Assembly: GCA_902789785.1 (NCBI GenBank)
Contig: CADAPR010000002.1
Coordinates: 1-50,382 of the forward strand
DNA from: an uncultured Lachnospiraceae bacterium
GTDB lineage: Bacteria > Bacillota > Clostridia > Lachnospirales > Lachnospiraceae
DNA length: 50,382 nucleotides
Reading direction: 5' to 3'
Positions 20,537 to 29,862 of this stretch are shown here, piece after piece (within the stretch, counting starts at the first letter, position 1; each line of letters starts with the position of its first letter). Position numbers and translations under genes: made by a program. The notes beneath the pieces were generated by a model. The model saw nothing but the letters and a program-made list of their open reading frames with translations. It did no database searches and was not told where the DNA came from.

Positions 20537-20558
20537 ATAGTAGATGATAATTCAAATT

Positions 20559-22013
20559 TTAAGACTGTTCAAGCTTTACAATTCCTGCTTTGATCCTTTT
20601 AATGGTCTCTTCTTTGCCAAAAAGCTCCATTAATTCAGTAGCACCGGCAGGTGTCATCTGCTTGCCAGATACAGCAGTACGAACCGGCCATAGAACGTAA
20701 CCATTCTTATAACCTTTTTCTTCGACATACTTTAATAGGGTTGAATACAAAGCATCATTGCTGAAATCTTCCTGCTCTTCCAATATAGGAAGTATATCTT
20801 TAAGCACTAGAAGGGAACTCTCAGCATTTGTCTTCATCTTCTTATGAGTATACATCTCAATATCGTATTCAGGCAGCTCATCTACAAAATCAATGAGTTC
20901 TTTTATATCCGGAAAGACTTCAATCCTTGTTTTTACCCATTCGGCAAGCTTTCTCTTGTCAACTTTTGATTTAACAGCCTCGTCAATATAGGGCTTAGCC
21001 ATCTCATAATATGTATCAAAGTCCATGGCTTTAATATACTCACCATTCATCCAGCGAAGTTTTACTATATCGAATACTGCAGGTGACTTGCTTATCCTGT
21101 GATAATCAAACTCTTTTATGAGTTCATCAAGTGAAAATATCTCTCTGTTATCTTCAGGGCTCCATCCTAACAGAGCTATATAGTTGACAACTGCTTCGGT
21201 TACAAATCCTTGATCTATCAGATCTTCAAATGATGAATGACCGCTTCTTTTTGAGAGCTTTTTATGATTCTCATCGGTTATCAGGGGAAGATGTACATAT
21301 ACAGGGCTCTCCCATCCGAAGGCATCATATAATCTCTGATATTTTGGAGATGATGAAAGATATTCGTTTCCTCTCACAACGTGAGTGATATTCATTGTAT
21401 GGTCGTCAACAACATTTGCAAAATTGTAAGTTGGATAGCCGTCGGTTTTTATCAATATCATGTCGTCAAGTTCTGAATTCTCAACAGTGATATCACCATA
21501 AAGCTCATCATGAAAAGTGGTTGATCCCTCATTGGGAATATTCTGTCTTATTACGTAAGGCTTCCCTTCGGCAAGGTTTTTCTCGACTTCTTCTTTTGAA
21601 AGAGATAGACAATGCTTGTCATAAACAGTGATCTCTTTGCCTTCTACGACCTCAGTTTTTAAAGAGGCAAGCCTTTCTTTATCGCAAAAGCAGTAATATG
21701 CTTCGCCTTTTTCGATGAGTTCTTTAGCATATTTTATATATATTCCGGTCTTCATCCTTTCGCTTTGTACATAGGGACCATAACCGCCATCCTTATCCGG
21801 TCCCTCATCGTGGATCAGACCTGTCTTTTCGAGCGTCCTGTATATAATCTCCGTCGCACCTTCAACAAATCTCTCTTGATCTGTATCTTCGATTCTTAAC
21901 ATGAATTCTCCGCCTTCATGCTTCGCAATCAAAAACTCGTATAATGCGGAACGAAGATTTCCTACATGCATCTTTCCTGTCGGGCTCGGTGCGTATCTGG
22001 TTCTGATTTTCAT
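20559..22013 (-). CDS. gltX: Glutamate--tRNA ligase
   Basis: [13 protein letters not shown] (HIGH), [23 protein letters not shown]. Confidence 0.97.
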   Translation of the reverse strand: MKIRTRYAPSPTGKMHVGNLRSALYEFLIAKHEGGEFMLRIEDTDQERFVEGATEIIYRTLEKTGLIHDEGPDKDGGYGPYVQSERMKTGIYIKYAKELIEKGEAYYCFCDKERLASLKTEVVEGKEITVYDKHCLSLSKEEVEKNLAEGKPYVIRQNIPNEGSTTFHDELYGDITVENSELDDMILIKTDGYPTYNFANVVDDHTMNITHVVRGNEYLSSSPKYQRLYDAFGWESPVYVHLPLITDENHKKLSKRSGHSSFEDLIDQGFVTEAVVNYIALLGWSPEDNREIFSLDELIKEFDYHRISKSPAVFDIVKLRWMNGEYIKAMDFDTYYEMAKPYIDEAVKSKVDKRKLAEWVKTRIEVFPDIKELIDFVDELPEYDIEMYTHKKMKTNAESSLLVLKDILPILEEQEDFSNDALYSTLLKYVEEKGYKNGYVLWPVRTAVSGKQMTPAGATELMELFGKEETIKRIKAGIVKLEQS

Positions 22014-22022
22014 ACTATTCTC

Positions 22023-22892
22023 CTATCTTTGCTCGCCTAAATAAATTAGAGCAATAACATCCGGACCTGTATGACTTCCGATTGTGGGTCCGATCTGGTT
22101 TATCATGAATTTATCGATTCCGAATCGCTTTCTTACTTCATCTGCAACATATTTAGCGTCTTCTTCGCAGTCGCCATGACTTATAAAGACGATGTCGTTT
22201 TGCTCTCTGTATGATCCCATGCTCTTCTCCATAAAATCAATTAGCGCATTAAGAGATTTTTTACGTCCTCGAACATTGAACATATTTACAAGTTTTCCTT
22301 CATTGTCAACATGAAGGACAGGTTTTAGATTAATCATGCTACCTACAACAGCTGCAGTTTTGGATAACCTGCCTCCTCTGTATAGGTGATCAAGGTCATC
22401 AACTGTAAATGAATGAACTGTATTGTAACGATATTTTTCTACCCATTCAGCTACTTCTTCTTTTGATGCACCAGCTTCTTTCATACATACTGCTTTATAT
22501 ACCAACAAACCTTGTCCCAAGGATGCGGAAAGTGAATCTATAACCTTGATATTTACATCTTCCATCTCGTCCATGATTTCTTGCGCTGCGAGCATAAAGC
22601 TGTTACAGGTCCCGCTAAGTCCGGAAGAAAAAGCGATGAAAAGGATATTTTTACATATCTTTATTGCTTTAAGCATGCCCTGCTTGGCTTCCTGAGGATT
22701 TACCTGCGATGTAGTAGGCATGCTTTTGTTTCTCAATTTTTGATAAAATGTTGCGGCAGCTTCATCATCGTCATTATCATAAACGATACCATCTATTGTA
22801 TATTTGAGTGATATACATGGTACGTTATGTTCTTTTAAATAACTTTTTGGCAGATCTGCCGATGAATCTGTCATTATAATATAATCTGACAT
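22023..22892 (-). CDS. DegV family fatty-acid-binding protein
   Basis: TDSSADLP, PTTSQVNP, SSGLSGT, GGRLS, IGSHTGP. Confidence 0.93.
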   Translation of the reverse strand: MSDYIIMTDSSADLPKSYLKEHNVPCISLKYTIDGIVYDNDDDEAAATFYQKLRNKSMPTTSQVNPQEAKQGMLKAIKICKNILFIAFSSGLSGTCNSFMLAAQEIMDEMEDVNIKVIDSLSASLGQGLLVYKAVCMKEAGASKEEVAEWVEKYRYNTVHSFTVDDLDHLYRGGRLSKTAAVVGSMINLKPVLHVDNEGKLVNMFNVRGRKKSLNALIDFMEKSMGSYREQNDIVFISHGDCEEDAKYVADEVRKRFGIDKFMINQIGPTIGSHTGPDVIALIYLGEQR

Positions 22893-22933
22893 ACAAACCC
22901 CTTAGTTGTTTTATCTTGTAGCAAATCCTAACT

Positions 22934-22962
22934 ATAATATCATCATTTATATAAATCGTCAA
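22934..22962 (-). promoter_or_regulatory. Sigma-A promoter of degV-gltX
   Basis: TTGACG-N17-TATTAT with extended TG. Confidence 0.75.
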
Positions 22963-22970
22963 AGCACACA

Positions 22971-23000
22971 AAAAGAAGCAGAATTCAATCTGCTTCTTTT
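22971..23000 (-). terminator. Intrinsic terminator after dut
   Basis: AAAAGAAGCAGA/TCTGCTTCTTTT 12-bp stem. Confidence 0.85.
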
Positions 23001-23006
23001 GAGATA

Positions 23007-23519
23007 TTAAGCACCGGTGCTGCCAAATCCGCCGTTGCGTTCCTCGCTTACATCATCATCAACAGTCGTACCGAATTCCATGAAGATTCCCTGAATGAAA
23101 CCAGCTCCTTTATCAACCGAAAGCTCTTTACCTTCATTTGAATCATTGGTGATCTTTGCAAAGATATGACCTTCATTGTCTGAATAAAAATAATCGCTAT
23201 CTATTATTCCGACAGTATTGTTTAATTGTAGCCTGTATTTGAATCCAAGACCACTTCTCGGGAATAGACATAGTACCCATTCACTGTCCATCTTCGCCCT
23301 TATACCTGTGGGAATCTTGATCGTTTCACCGGGCTTTAGATTAAATGAAAACGGTGCGAAGAAATCGTATCCTGCACTTCCTTTGGTTGCTCTTTTTGGC
23401 AATTTAATATCATCATACATTGCCTTTGCTTCATCATTAGAGATATCTGGCTTGATATCGTTGATACCAACCATAAACTCATCGAAGCTGACTTTGAAAA
23501 ACTTAGCGATGCCTTTCAA
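23007..23519 (-). CDS. dut: Trimeric dUTPase
   Basis: SAGYD, PRSG, GIIDSDY, RNGGFGSTG; TTG start with GGAGG. Confidence 0.93.
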   Translation of the reverse strand: MKGIAKFFKVSFDEFMVGINDIKPDISNDEAKAMYDDIKLPKRATKGSAGYDFFAPFSFNLKPGETIKIPTGIRAKMDSEWVLCLFPRSGLGFKYRLQLNNTVGIIDSDYFYSDNEGHIFAKITNDSNEGKELSVDKGAGFIQGIFMEFGTTVDDDVSEERNGGFGSTGA

Positions 23520-23539
23520 TTGTCTACCTCCCCTTTTAA

Positions 23540-24049
23540 CTAGCTATAATCCCCGCAATGAAGAACAGGTATCAGCTTGTCGGATTTTTCTAAAGTAGCC
23601 TGTACATCTATTACGCGCTGATTCGAACTTCCTTTCCAAAGAAGTTTTGTATCGCGTTGCTCTTCGACATATTCACCGTCAACAAGAACATCAATATTCT
23701 TCATCATCGGATAATGCCATATCTCTTCCCACTTATAACCGGTGTAAAGCCATATGGTCTTGTTTGGATATTTTTCTTTTATTTCCTCGGCAAGAGCACG
23801 AACATCAAGTCTGTTAGAACTATGAAGAGGGTCTCCGCCGGAAAATGTTATTCCTGATATATATGAGCGATCAAGCTGGTCGAAAATTTCCTGCTTAGCA
23901 GCTTCGTCAAACAACAGTCCTCCATCGGGATCCCATGTTATTGGATTCTGACATCCCTTGCAACAATGTGAGCAGCCAGCTACCCACAGTACAACACGAA
24001 GTCCGTCGCCGTTAAGCATATCGTCCTTGGTAATATTGTGGTATCTCAT
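23540..24049 (-). CDS. nrdG: Anaerobic ribonucleotide reductase activating enzyme
   Basis: NGDGLR, CxxxCxxC (CSHCCKGC), SGGDPL, DVLVDG, GSSNQR. Confidence 0.96.
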   Translation of the reverse strand: MRYHNITKDDMLNGDGLRVVLWVAGCSHCCKGCQNPITWDPDGGLLFDEAAKQEIFDQLDRSYISGITFSGGDPLHSSNRLDVRALAEEIKEKYPNKTIWLYTGYKWEEIWHYPMMKNIDVLVDGEYVEEQRDTKLLWKGSSNQRVIDVQATLEKSDKLIPVLHCGDYS

Positions 24050-24051
24050 GG

Positions 24052-26244
24052 TTACATAGACTTCCTTTCTGCAATTTCTGCCATCTTAGCATCATTAAGT
24101 CTTGTGTCACCATGTACACGTGAATATGAAAGATATCCATTCATACGATCGATCTTTGTAAGATTTCGGCTACCGCACTTAGGACATACATCCATCTCAA
24201 GCTCCTGATGTCCGCAGTCATCGCAGTATGCAAGCGAAAGATTTACGCCTTCGTAGAAGCCCATCTCCATAGCTCTTCTGATAAGTGTTTTTACAGCTTC
24301 GATATTGTAATCGATAGGATATTTAACATACTGTATCTTGCCGCCGTTGCACATTTCCCAGAAGCGATATTCAGTATCCTGCTTCTCGATAGGTGTAATA
24401 TCCTCTGAAACATGACAATGGAAGCTGTTTGAAACATATTCCCTGTCTGATACGCCTTCAATGATACCGTATTTCTTCCTGAATTGTTGAACCTGAAGAC
24501 CGCAGAGATTCTCTGCCGGAGTACCATATATTGCATAGAGATGTCCATCTTCTTCCTTGAATTCATTAACCTTTTTGTTTATATGATCAAGAACTTCAAG
24601 CGCAAACTGGCCATCTTCAACAAGAGACTTTCCGTTATACAGCATCTGTAGTTCATTGAATGCTGTAATACCAAAGCTAGCTGTTGCTGCTTTGAGCAAA
24701 GGCTTGATCTTGTCTGTCAGTTTCAAATGTCCGCCAAGGAAACCGCCTTCGCAATAAGCAAGAGGGTTTGTGCTTGCACGCATCTCGCCAAGATATGCAT
24801 ACGTTCTGATATGCAGTTGCCTGATCAGATTCAGATAATAATCAAGCACCTCGTAAAAATCCTTGCTCTCATGTCTTGCTTTTGCAAGAATCATGGGAAG
24901 ATGAAGTGAGACAGCTCCAATATTGAATCTGCCAACAAATACAGGCACATCATCATCATCTGCAGGATGCATACCGCCGCGCTCATACCAAGGTGAAAGG
25001 AAAGCTCTGCACCCCATGGGTGAAATAATCTTTCCATATCTTTTATACATAGATGCGATATATCCTTTACCTGTAAGCGATAACCAATCAGGATACATGG
25101 TCTTTGCTGAACATTTAACACCGGCTTCAAATACATCTTCAAGCTCGCATCCGGGACCATGAAGTTTTTCATCATAGAGAAATACGATCTTAGGGAAAAG
25201 AACCGGCTTTTTGCACTCTTTCTTGCCTTGACCGCGTCTGCGAACATTAAGCATACAGATTGTTGCAAGCTTTGCAAATCTTCCAGTTCCCGTTCCGGCT
25301 GTTACAGTTATGAACGGATAATCGCCTCTTGAACTTGCAACTGTATTGAATTTATATTCCCAACCCTGGAACCCCTGTTCCATATCACGAACAACGTCTG
25401 CGTATGCTTCAGCTTCAGCAGTTTCTTTATCAATTCCGAGTTTCATATATTTATCGGTGTATTTCTTATATGATTTCTCAGCATAAGGCTCGAGAATATT
25501 ATCAACACTGGGAACAGTAAAACCACCATACTGCTGACTGGCTGCACTTAAGACGATATCTCCTATTACATCAAAAGCAGTATCTACGGTCTTGGGCTCG
25601 TTATACCAGATGTTACCCATTTCGAAACCGCCCTTTAAGACATTCTCAACGTCAAACAGACAGCAATTCATGGTATCTCTTCTTGCACTCATATCATGAA
25701 CATAGATATATCCGTCACGGCATGCCTGTATTTCCTCGGTTGTCAGGAAAAATTTCTGATACAGTTCTTTATTAAGCTGATTGAATATGAGTGAACGTTT
25801 GGTAGAGACCAAAGCTGAATCTGTGTTAGAGTTTTCTTTGTCACCAACATACATGATGGACTGACTCTTTTTGTATACATCGTCAAGCATGCGTACAAAG
25901 TCCTGCTTATAGTTTCGATAGTCTCTGTAGGACTTAGCAACTATAGGCTTAACCTGTTCAAGTGCACTCTCAACGATATTATGCATAACCGGGATCGGTA
26001 TCTCGTCAGCCTCGAGTTCGTCAACTTTATCACAGACATACTGGCATATCTGTCCCTTTTCTTCTTCAGAAAACTTTGTTAATGCTCTGTAGGCGCTCTT
26101 TCCTACTGCATTAACGACTTTCTGGACGTTAAATTCTTCATAGCTCCCGTCTTTTTTGATAACAACAACATGTCGTTTCGGCATATATTTTTCGCCGTAA
26201 TAGTTATCATCCAATTCTTTAACAGATTCCACCACTACACTCAT
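24052..26244 (-). CDS. nrdD: Class III anaerobic ribonucleoside-triphosphate reductase with ATP-cone
   Basis: VIKKDG ATP-cone, NCC, MGCR, GTPAENL, Zn ribbon CDDC/CPKC, glycyl-radical RMNGYL; ATG 26244 has GAGGAG RBS. Confidence 0.97.
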   Translation of the reverse strand: MSVVVESVKELDDNYYGEKYMPKRHVVVIKKDGSYEEFNVQKVVNAVGKSAYRALTKFSEEEKGQICQYVCDKVDELEADEIPIPVMHNIVESALEQVKPIVAKSYRDYRNYKQDFVRMLDDVYKKSQSIMYVGDKENSNTDSALVSTKRSLIFNQLNKELYQKFFLTTEEIQACRDGYIYVHDMSARRDTMNCCLFDVENVLKGGFEMGNIWYNEPKTVDTAFDVIGDIVLSAASQQYGGFTVPSVDNILEPYAEKSYKKYTDKYMKLGIDKETAEAEAYADVVRDMEQGFQGWEYKFNTVASSRGDYPFITVTAGTGTGRFAKLATICMLNVRRRGQGKKECKKPVLFPKIVFLYDEKLHGPGCELEDVFEAGVKCSAKTMYPDWLSLTGKGYIASMYKRYGKIISPMGCRAFLSPWYERGGMHPADDDDVPVFVGRFNIGAVSLHLPMILAKARHESKDFYEVLDYYLNLIRQLHIRTYAYLGEMRASTNPLAYCEGGFLGGHLKLTDKIKPLLKAATASFGITAFNELQMLYNGKSLVEDGQFALEVLDHINKKVNEFKEEDGHLYAIYGTPAENLCGLQVQQFRKKYGIIEGVSDREYVSNSFHCHVSEDITPIEKQDTEYRFWEMCNGGKIQYVKYPIDYNIEAVKTLIRRAMEMGFYEGVNLSLAYCDDCGHQELEMDVCPKCGSRNLTKIDRMNGYLSYSRVHGDTRLNDAKMAEIAERKSM

Positions 26245-26284
26245 TTCTTTCTCCTCACAAAAAACGCAAATCAAGCCGAACAAA

Positions 26285-26361
26285 GTACATCATATAGTTG
26301 ACATCTTTGTCTGGCTGTCTATATCTTGTATCACATTATAAAATACTCCTACATATTGTGT
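26285..26361. promoter_or_regulatory. Three NrdR-like boxes (26285-26300, 26316-26331, 26346-26361)
   Basis: Cores CATCATATAG, CTATATCTTG, CTACATATTG vs NrdR consensus CwAtATaTwG; spaced 31 and 30 bp. Confidence 0.8.
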
Positions 26362-26364
26362 CAA
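26335..26364 (-). promoter_or_regulatory. Sigma-A promoter of nrdD-nrdG-dut
   Basis: TTGACA-N18-TATAAT. Confidence 0.85.
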
Positions 26365-26393
26365 CGGATTTGAATTGACATAATGTACAAAAA

Positions 26394-26419
26394 AAAGAGG
26401 TGATTTTTGTCACCTCTTT
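26394..26419 (-). terminator. Intrinsic terminator after the WYL gene
   Basis: AAAGAGGTGA/TCACCTCTTT stem followed by a long T-run. Confidence 0.85.
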
Positions 26420-26429
26420 CAGAAAAGAA

Positions 26430-27425
26430 CTATCTGTAATTTTTTTGTTTATTCATGATCGTCTCCAAAAATGTTGAGTAAGAGTCTCTCACATCCTGAG
26501 GAAAATCTATGAGTACCGCGCCGCCAAGCGATGTTATCCACCCGAAGAACTGGTTTGATACAGCAACAGATGTTCGTACTAGACAATCACCTTTATCTTC
26601 TCTGATGTTTATATCTGTACCAAATCTATCGATAAGTATTCCGATCGATTCTTTTGGAACACGTAATACTATTGTCTTTACTTCACCGCCATACATACCA
26701 AAAGATCTGTTGGCATAACTGGCAACATCGAATTTCTCAAACAGATCATTTCCACACCTGGATTCATTCAAAAGACTTACATCTTTTATTTTGTCAACTC
26801 TGTAATGCTTTATTTTCTGAGACTTTGAATCATAGGCTATCATGTAATAATTCTCATCTTTAAAGGTAAGCGCGAATGGGCTGACGATATATAACTGTCC
26901 CTCGTGTCTTGCTATTTTTACTTTTTGAGGTGTCCATTCCAGATATTTAAATGAAATCTGTTTGTTGTTCTGCATTGCATTATAAATATCATTGACGACA
27001 TAATAAATGCTTTCATTATCGGTTTTTACCCTGTTTTGAACAAATATATCTCTTTTTAGCTGAGCTTCATCGAATTCTGAAACCATATCCTCGATTTTTG
27101 CAATGAGCTCGCGGCTTTTTTTGACAGTGATGAACTTGGATGCCTGGATACTGTCTACGAGCAATTTCAGTTCAGACAGCTCGAAATGTCTGCTTGCCAT
27201 GTAATATCCGCCATCTTTCTTGGATTTATTGGCAACTATATCATATCCGAACTCAATGAGCTGGGCTATATCATCGTAGATGCTCTTTCGCTCTGCTCCA
27301 ATCTCATATTTGGCAAGTTCATCTATCAGTTGTTTTGTACTCATAGGATGATCTTCGTCGGTCTTTTTTTCTAGAATCTTTACAATATACAGAAGTTTTA
27401 ACTTTTGATTTATCCCTTTTGCCAT
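26430..27425 (-). CDS. HTH-WYL-WCX transcriptional regulator
   Basis: N-terminal wHTH (ERKSIYDDI), WYL (ISFKY, VSPFAL, NYYMIAYD, HYRVDKI), WCX (FFGWITSLG). Confidence 0.92.
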   Translation of the reverse strand: MAKGINQKLKLLYIVKILEKKTDEDHPMSTKQLIDELAKYEIGAERKSIYDDIAQLIEFGYDIVANKSKKDGGYYMASRHFELSELKLLVDSIQASKFITVKKSRELIAKIEDMVSEFDEAQLKRDIFVQNRVKTDNESIYYVVNDIYNAMQNNKQISFKYLEWTPQKVKIARHEGQLYIVSPFALTFKDENYYMIAYDSKSQKIKHYRVDKIKDVSLLNESRCGNDLFEKFDVASYANRSFGMYGGEVKTIVLRVPKESIGILIDRFGTDINIREDKGDCLVRTSVAVSNQFFGWITSLGGAVLIDFPQDVRDSYSTFLETIMNKQKNYR

Positions 27426-27446
27426 GACATCCTCACGATGATTCTA

Positions 27447-27475
27447 AAAAAGACGTTCGTTATGAACGTCTTTTT
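27447..27475. terminator. Perfect 12-bp inverted repeat: terminator and/or operator
   Basis: AAAAAGACGTTC-gttat-GAACGTCTTTTT. Confidence 0.7.
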
Positions 27476-27481
27476 AATAAA

Positions 27482-27673
27482 CTATGCGATGTTTTCCTTG
27501 CTAACTGCATTAGCTTCAAGGTTTTTAGCTGAATTTTCGATTTCTTCTTTCTTGTTTTTGTTCTTTCTTACTTTTATTCCAGCAAAAACAGCAATAACAA
27601 TAAGTGCTCCAAATACCATAAAAAGAACTAGATATGATAAAAATGCATTAGTAAACAATATAAGATTATTCAT
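27482..27673 (-). CDS. Small single-TM protein (63 aa)
   Basis: ATG 27673 with AAGGAG RBS; own promoter TTGAAA-N17-TATTAT (27703-27731); TM followed by a basic patch. Confidence 0.75.
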   Translation of the reverse strand: MNNLILFTNAFLSYLVLFMVFGALIVIAVFAGIKVRKNKNKKEEIENSAKNLEANAVSKENIA

Positions 27674-27736
27674 ACTTATACTCCTTGTTAAAGATCTAAT
27701 ATATAATAACATCTCAACTGGATTTTTTCAACATTG

Positions 27737-28195
27737 CTATATATCTTTAACGATACTATCCGCCGCTGAAGTAGCAAGCTTGTCACATCTTTCATTCTGA
27801 GGATGCCCTGCATGCCCCTTTACCCATGTAAAGCTAACCTGATGAGGATTCATGGCGTTTAATAATCTTAGCCACAGATCGATGTTTTTTACTTCATCAC
27901 TCTTTCCTCGTCTCCAATCTTTTTTTATCCATCCTTCAACCCAGTGTTTATTGAAGGCGTCTGCTACATATTTAGAATCGGTTATAACTTCAACTTTGCA
28001 TGGCTTGGTGAGAGCTTCGAGGCCGGTAATTACTCCTAAAAGCTCCATTCTGTTATTTGTTGTTTCCGGAAAGCCTTCACTGTATTCGCGAGAATGGAGA
28101 ATCCCTTTTGAATCGATATATTCCAGTATTGTTCCGTAGCCACCCGGTCCCGGATTACCTCTAGATGAACCATCGCTGTATAATGTTACGTTCAT
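27737..28195 (-). CDS. rnhA: Ribonuclease HI
   Basis: YSDGSSRGNPGPGG, TTNNRMEL, TDSKY, WVKGHAGHPQNERCD. Confidence 0.96.
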   Translation of the reverse strand: MNVTLYSDGSSRGNPGPGGYGTILEYIDSKGILHSREYSEGFPETTNNRMELLGVITGLEALTKPCKVEVITDSKYVADAFNKHWVEGWIKKDWRRGKSDEVKNIDLWLRLLNAMNPHQVSFTWVKGHAGHPQNERCDKLATSAADSIVKDI

Positions 28196-29853
28196 TAACG
28201 ACGTTCCTCCATACTTTTTACAATTTCATTTGCTTTTTTTATAATATTTTTATCATATCCGAGGATATCTAAAAGCTTGATCGCATTTCTACTTGTCGCT
28301 TTTCCGGCAGATAATTTATAAGGAAATGTTACATCATCATGTTTCATTTCCTCTTCGAAATGATAATTATCATAGATGTCATCAAGAATTGAAGTCAATT
28401 CCAGATCATGGGTAGCGGCAAATACAAGTACACCCTTTTCAGAAAGATTACGAAGTATAGCGCTACTTGCGGCTATTCTTTCTGTTGTATTCGTTCCCCG
28501 AAGGACTTCATCAACAAAACCTAGTACATGCTTCTTGTTATCAGATGCATCCATAATACGCTTGAGAGTTTTAATTTCTACCATGTAATAACTCTCACCT
28601 GTTATTATGCTGTCCTTTAAACTGAGCGATGAGTAAATACTGAAATAAGGAGCCTCGTATTCTTTTGAACAGCTTGTATGGATAGTCTGAGAAAGGAGTG
28701 CGTTCACAGCTACCATTTTTAAAAATGTAGATTTCCCAGATGCATTTGAACCGGTCAAAAGCACACACTTATCAGTATAAATACTGTTTGAAACAGGATT
28801 ATCCAATAATGGATGATATCCGTCATTGATCTTAATACCGGTAAAAGAATCATTCAGTTTCGGTATACTGTATTGTGAAAGCGAAGTTCTATATTCACCA
28901 ATCGATATGTAACAATCGATCTTTCCGATTATAGTAATTATCTTATCGATATCTTTGCTGTGAAGCTTAACCTGGTCAAGCATAGTGTTAAACTTAATCA
29001 GATCAAAATGTGTCAGCATCTTGATATAGTCGAGAATCACACCAACCGGACTATTACCAAGGTCTCCTATTACAAGTGACGAGAATCTTTTAAATGATCT
29101 AAAACTATCCGATATACTGACCAAGTCGGTCATTTCTTCGTTCAGTATATCTGAACCGGTTTTGATGACTTGAGTGATCGAATCACAATTTTTTAGAATT
29201 CTGAATACATATTCAAAACATACAATATAAGGTTCGATTATTCTCTTTTGTTTAAAGTATGTAGCTATGTTATAGATTGCTAAGACAAATATTAAAGATA
29301 TACCGATTATGAGATTAAAAAAGCATATTGCAATTGCAGGAATATACATCAGTACACCCGCAATTGTCATAAACGCTGAAGTCCTTTTGGCTTCTTCTAG
29401 CTTATCTATATAGCTGTATATGCTGTAATTTTTGCTTCTGCCTATGTCATGAAGACATACTGAAAGCTTGTTTCGATATGCAGAATCTTCTTTTAGATGA
29501 TTGATCTTATTTTCACTATCCGACCAGTTATAATTTGCTGTTTTAGGATTCCTAAGAATATAATACAGATATTCATCTCCGGCAGATGATTTGCAATAAT
29601 TCATCTTAGAGTAGATTAGATTCATATCGAGGTCATTCCAGGTTATATCATCTATCATTTCATCATGAATATGATAGTTGGTGTAGCCTTTAATGTTTTT
29701 TAAATCCTCTGAAGAAAGTCTTCTTGTATTAACTTTGCCGTAATCCTTTTTTAGTTTTTCTTCATAAGCTTTCTTGTCAAGTTGTTCTTTCCTGTAACCT
29801 GCCCCGAAAAATATAAGCAATGCAGCTACAGTGATAATGATTATCTGTGTCAT
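28195..29853 (-). CDS. Membrane-anchored MutS-family ATPase (no mismatch-binding domain)
   Basis: N-terminal and internal TMs; GYHPLL, Walker A GSNASGKST, FVDEVLRGT, ATHD. Confidence 0.88.
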   Translation of the reverse strand: MTQIIIITVAALLIFFGAGYRKEQLDKKAYEEKLKKDYGKVNTRRLSSEDLKNIKGYTNYHIHDEMIDDITWNDLDMNLIYSKMNYCKSSAGDEYLYYILRNPKTANYNWSDSENKINHLKEDSAYRNKLSVCLHDIGRSKNYSIYSYIDKLEEAKRTSAFMTIAGVLMYIPAIAICFFNLIIGISLIFVLAIYNIATYFKQKRIIEPYIVCFEYVFRILKNCDSITQVIKTGSDILNEEMTDLVSISDSFRSFKRFSSLVIGDLGNSPVGVILDYIKMLTHFDLIKFNTMLDQVKLHSKDIDKIITIIGKIDCYISIGEYRTSLSQYSIPKLNDSFTGIKINDGYHPLLDNPVSNSIYTDKCVLLTGSNASGKSTFLKMVAVNALLSQTIHTSCSKEYEAPYFSIYSSLSLKDSIITGESYYMVEIKTLKRIMDASDNKKHVLGFVDEVLRGTNTTERIAASSAILRNLSEKGVLVFAATHDLELTSILDDIYDNYHFEEEMKHDDVTFPYKLSAGKATSRNAIKLLDILGYDKNIIKKANEIVKSMEERR

Positions 29854-29862
29854 ATCTTCGAT

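Noticed and set aside
26245-26283. Longer NrdD N-terminus from TTG 26283
   Set aside because: No RBS there; ATG 26244 has GAGGAG at proper spacing
26430-27425. Anti-phage defence island
   Set aside because: No nuclease, methylase, BREX, CBASS or toxin genes adjacent; flanks are housekeeping
27447-27475. LexA (Cheo) box
   Set aside because: Half-sites are arranged GTTC-N5-GAAC, not GAAC-N4-GTTC
28195-29853. Canonical mutS or mutS2
   Set aside because: Too short, has TM segments, lacks mismatch-binding and Smr domains, no mutL
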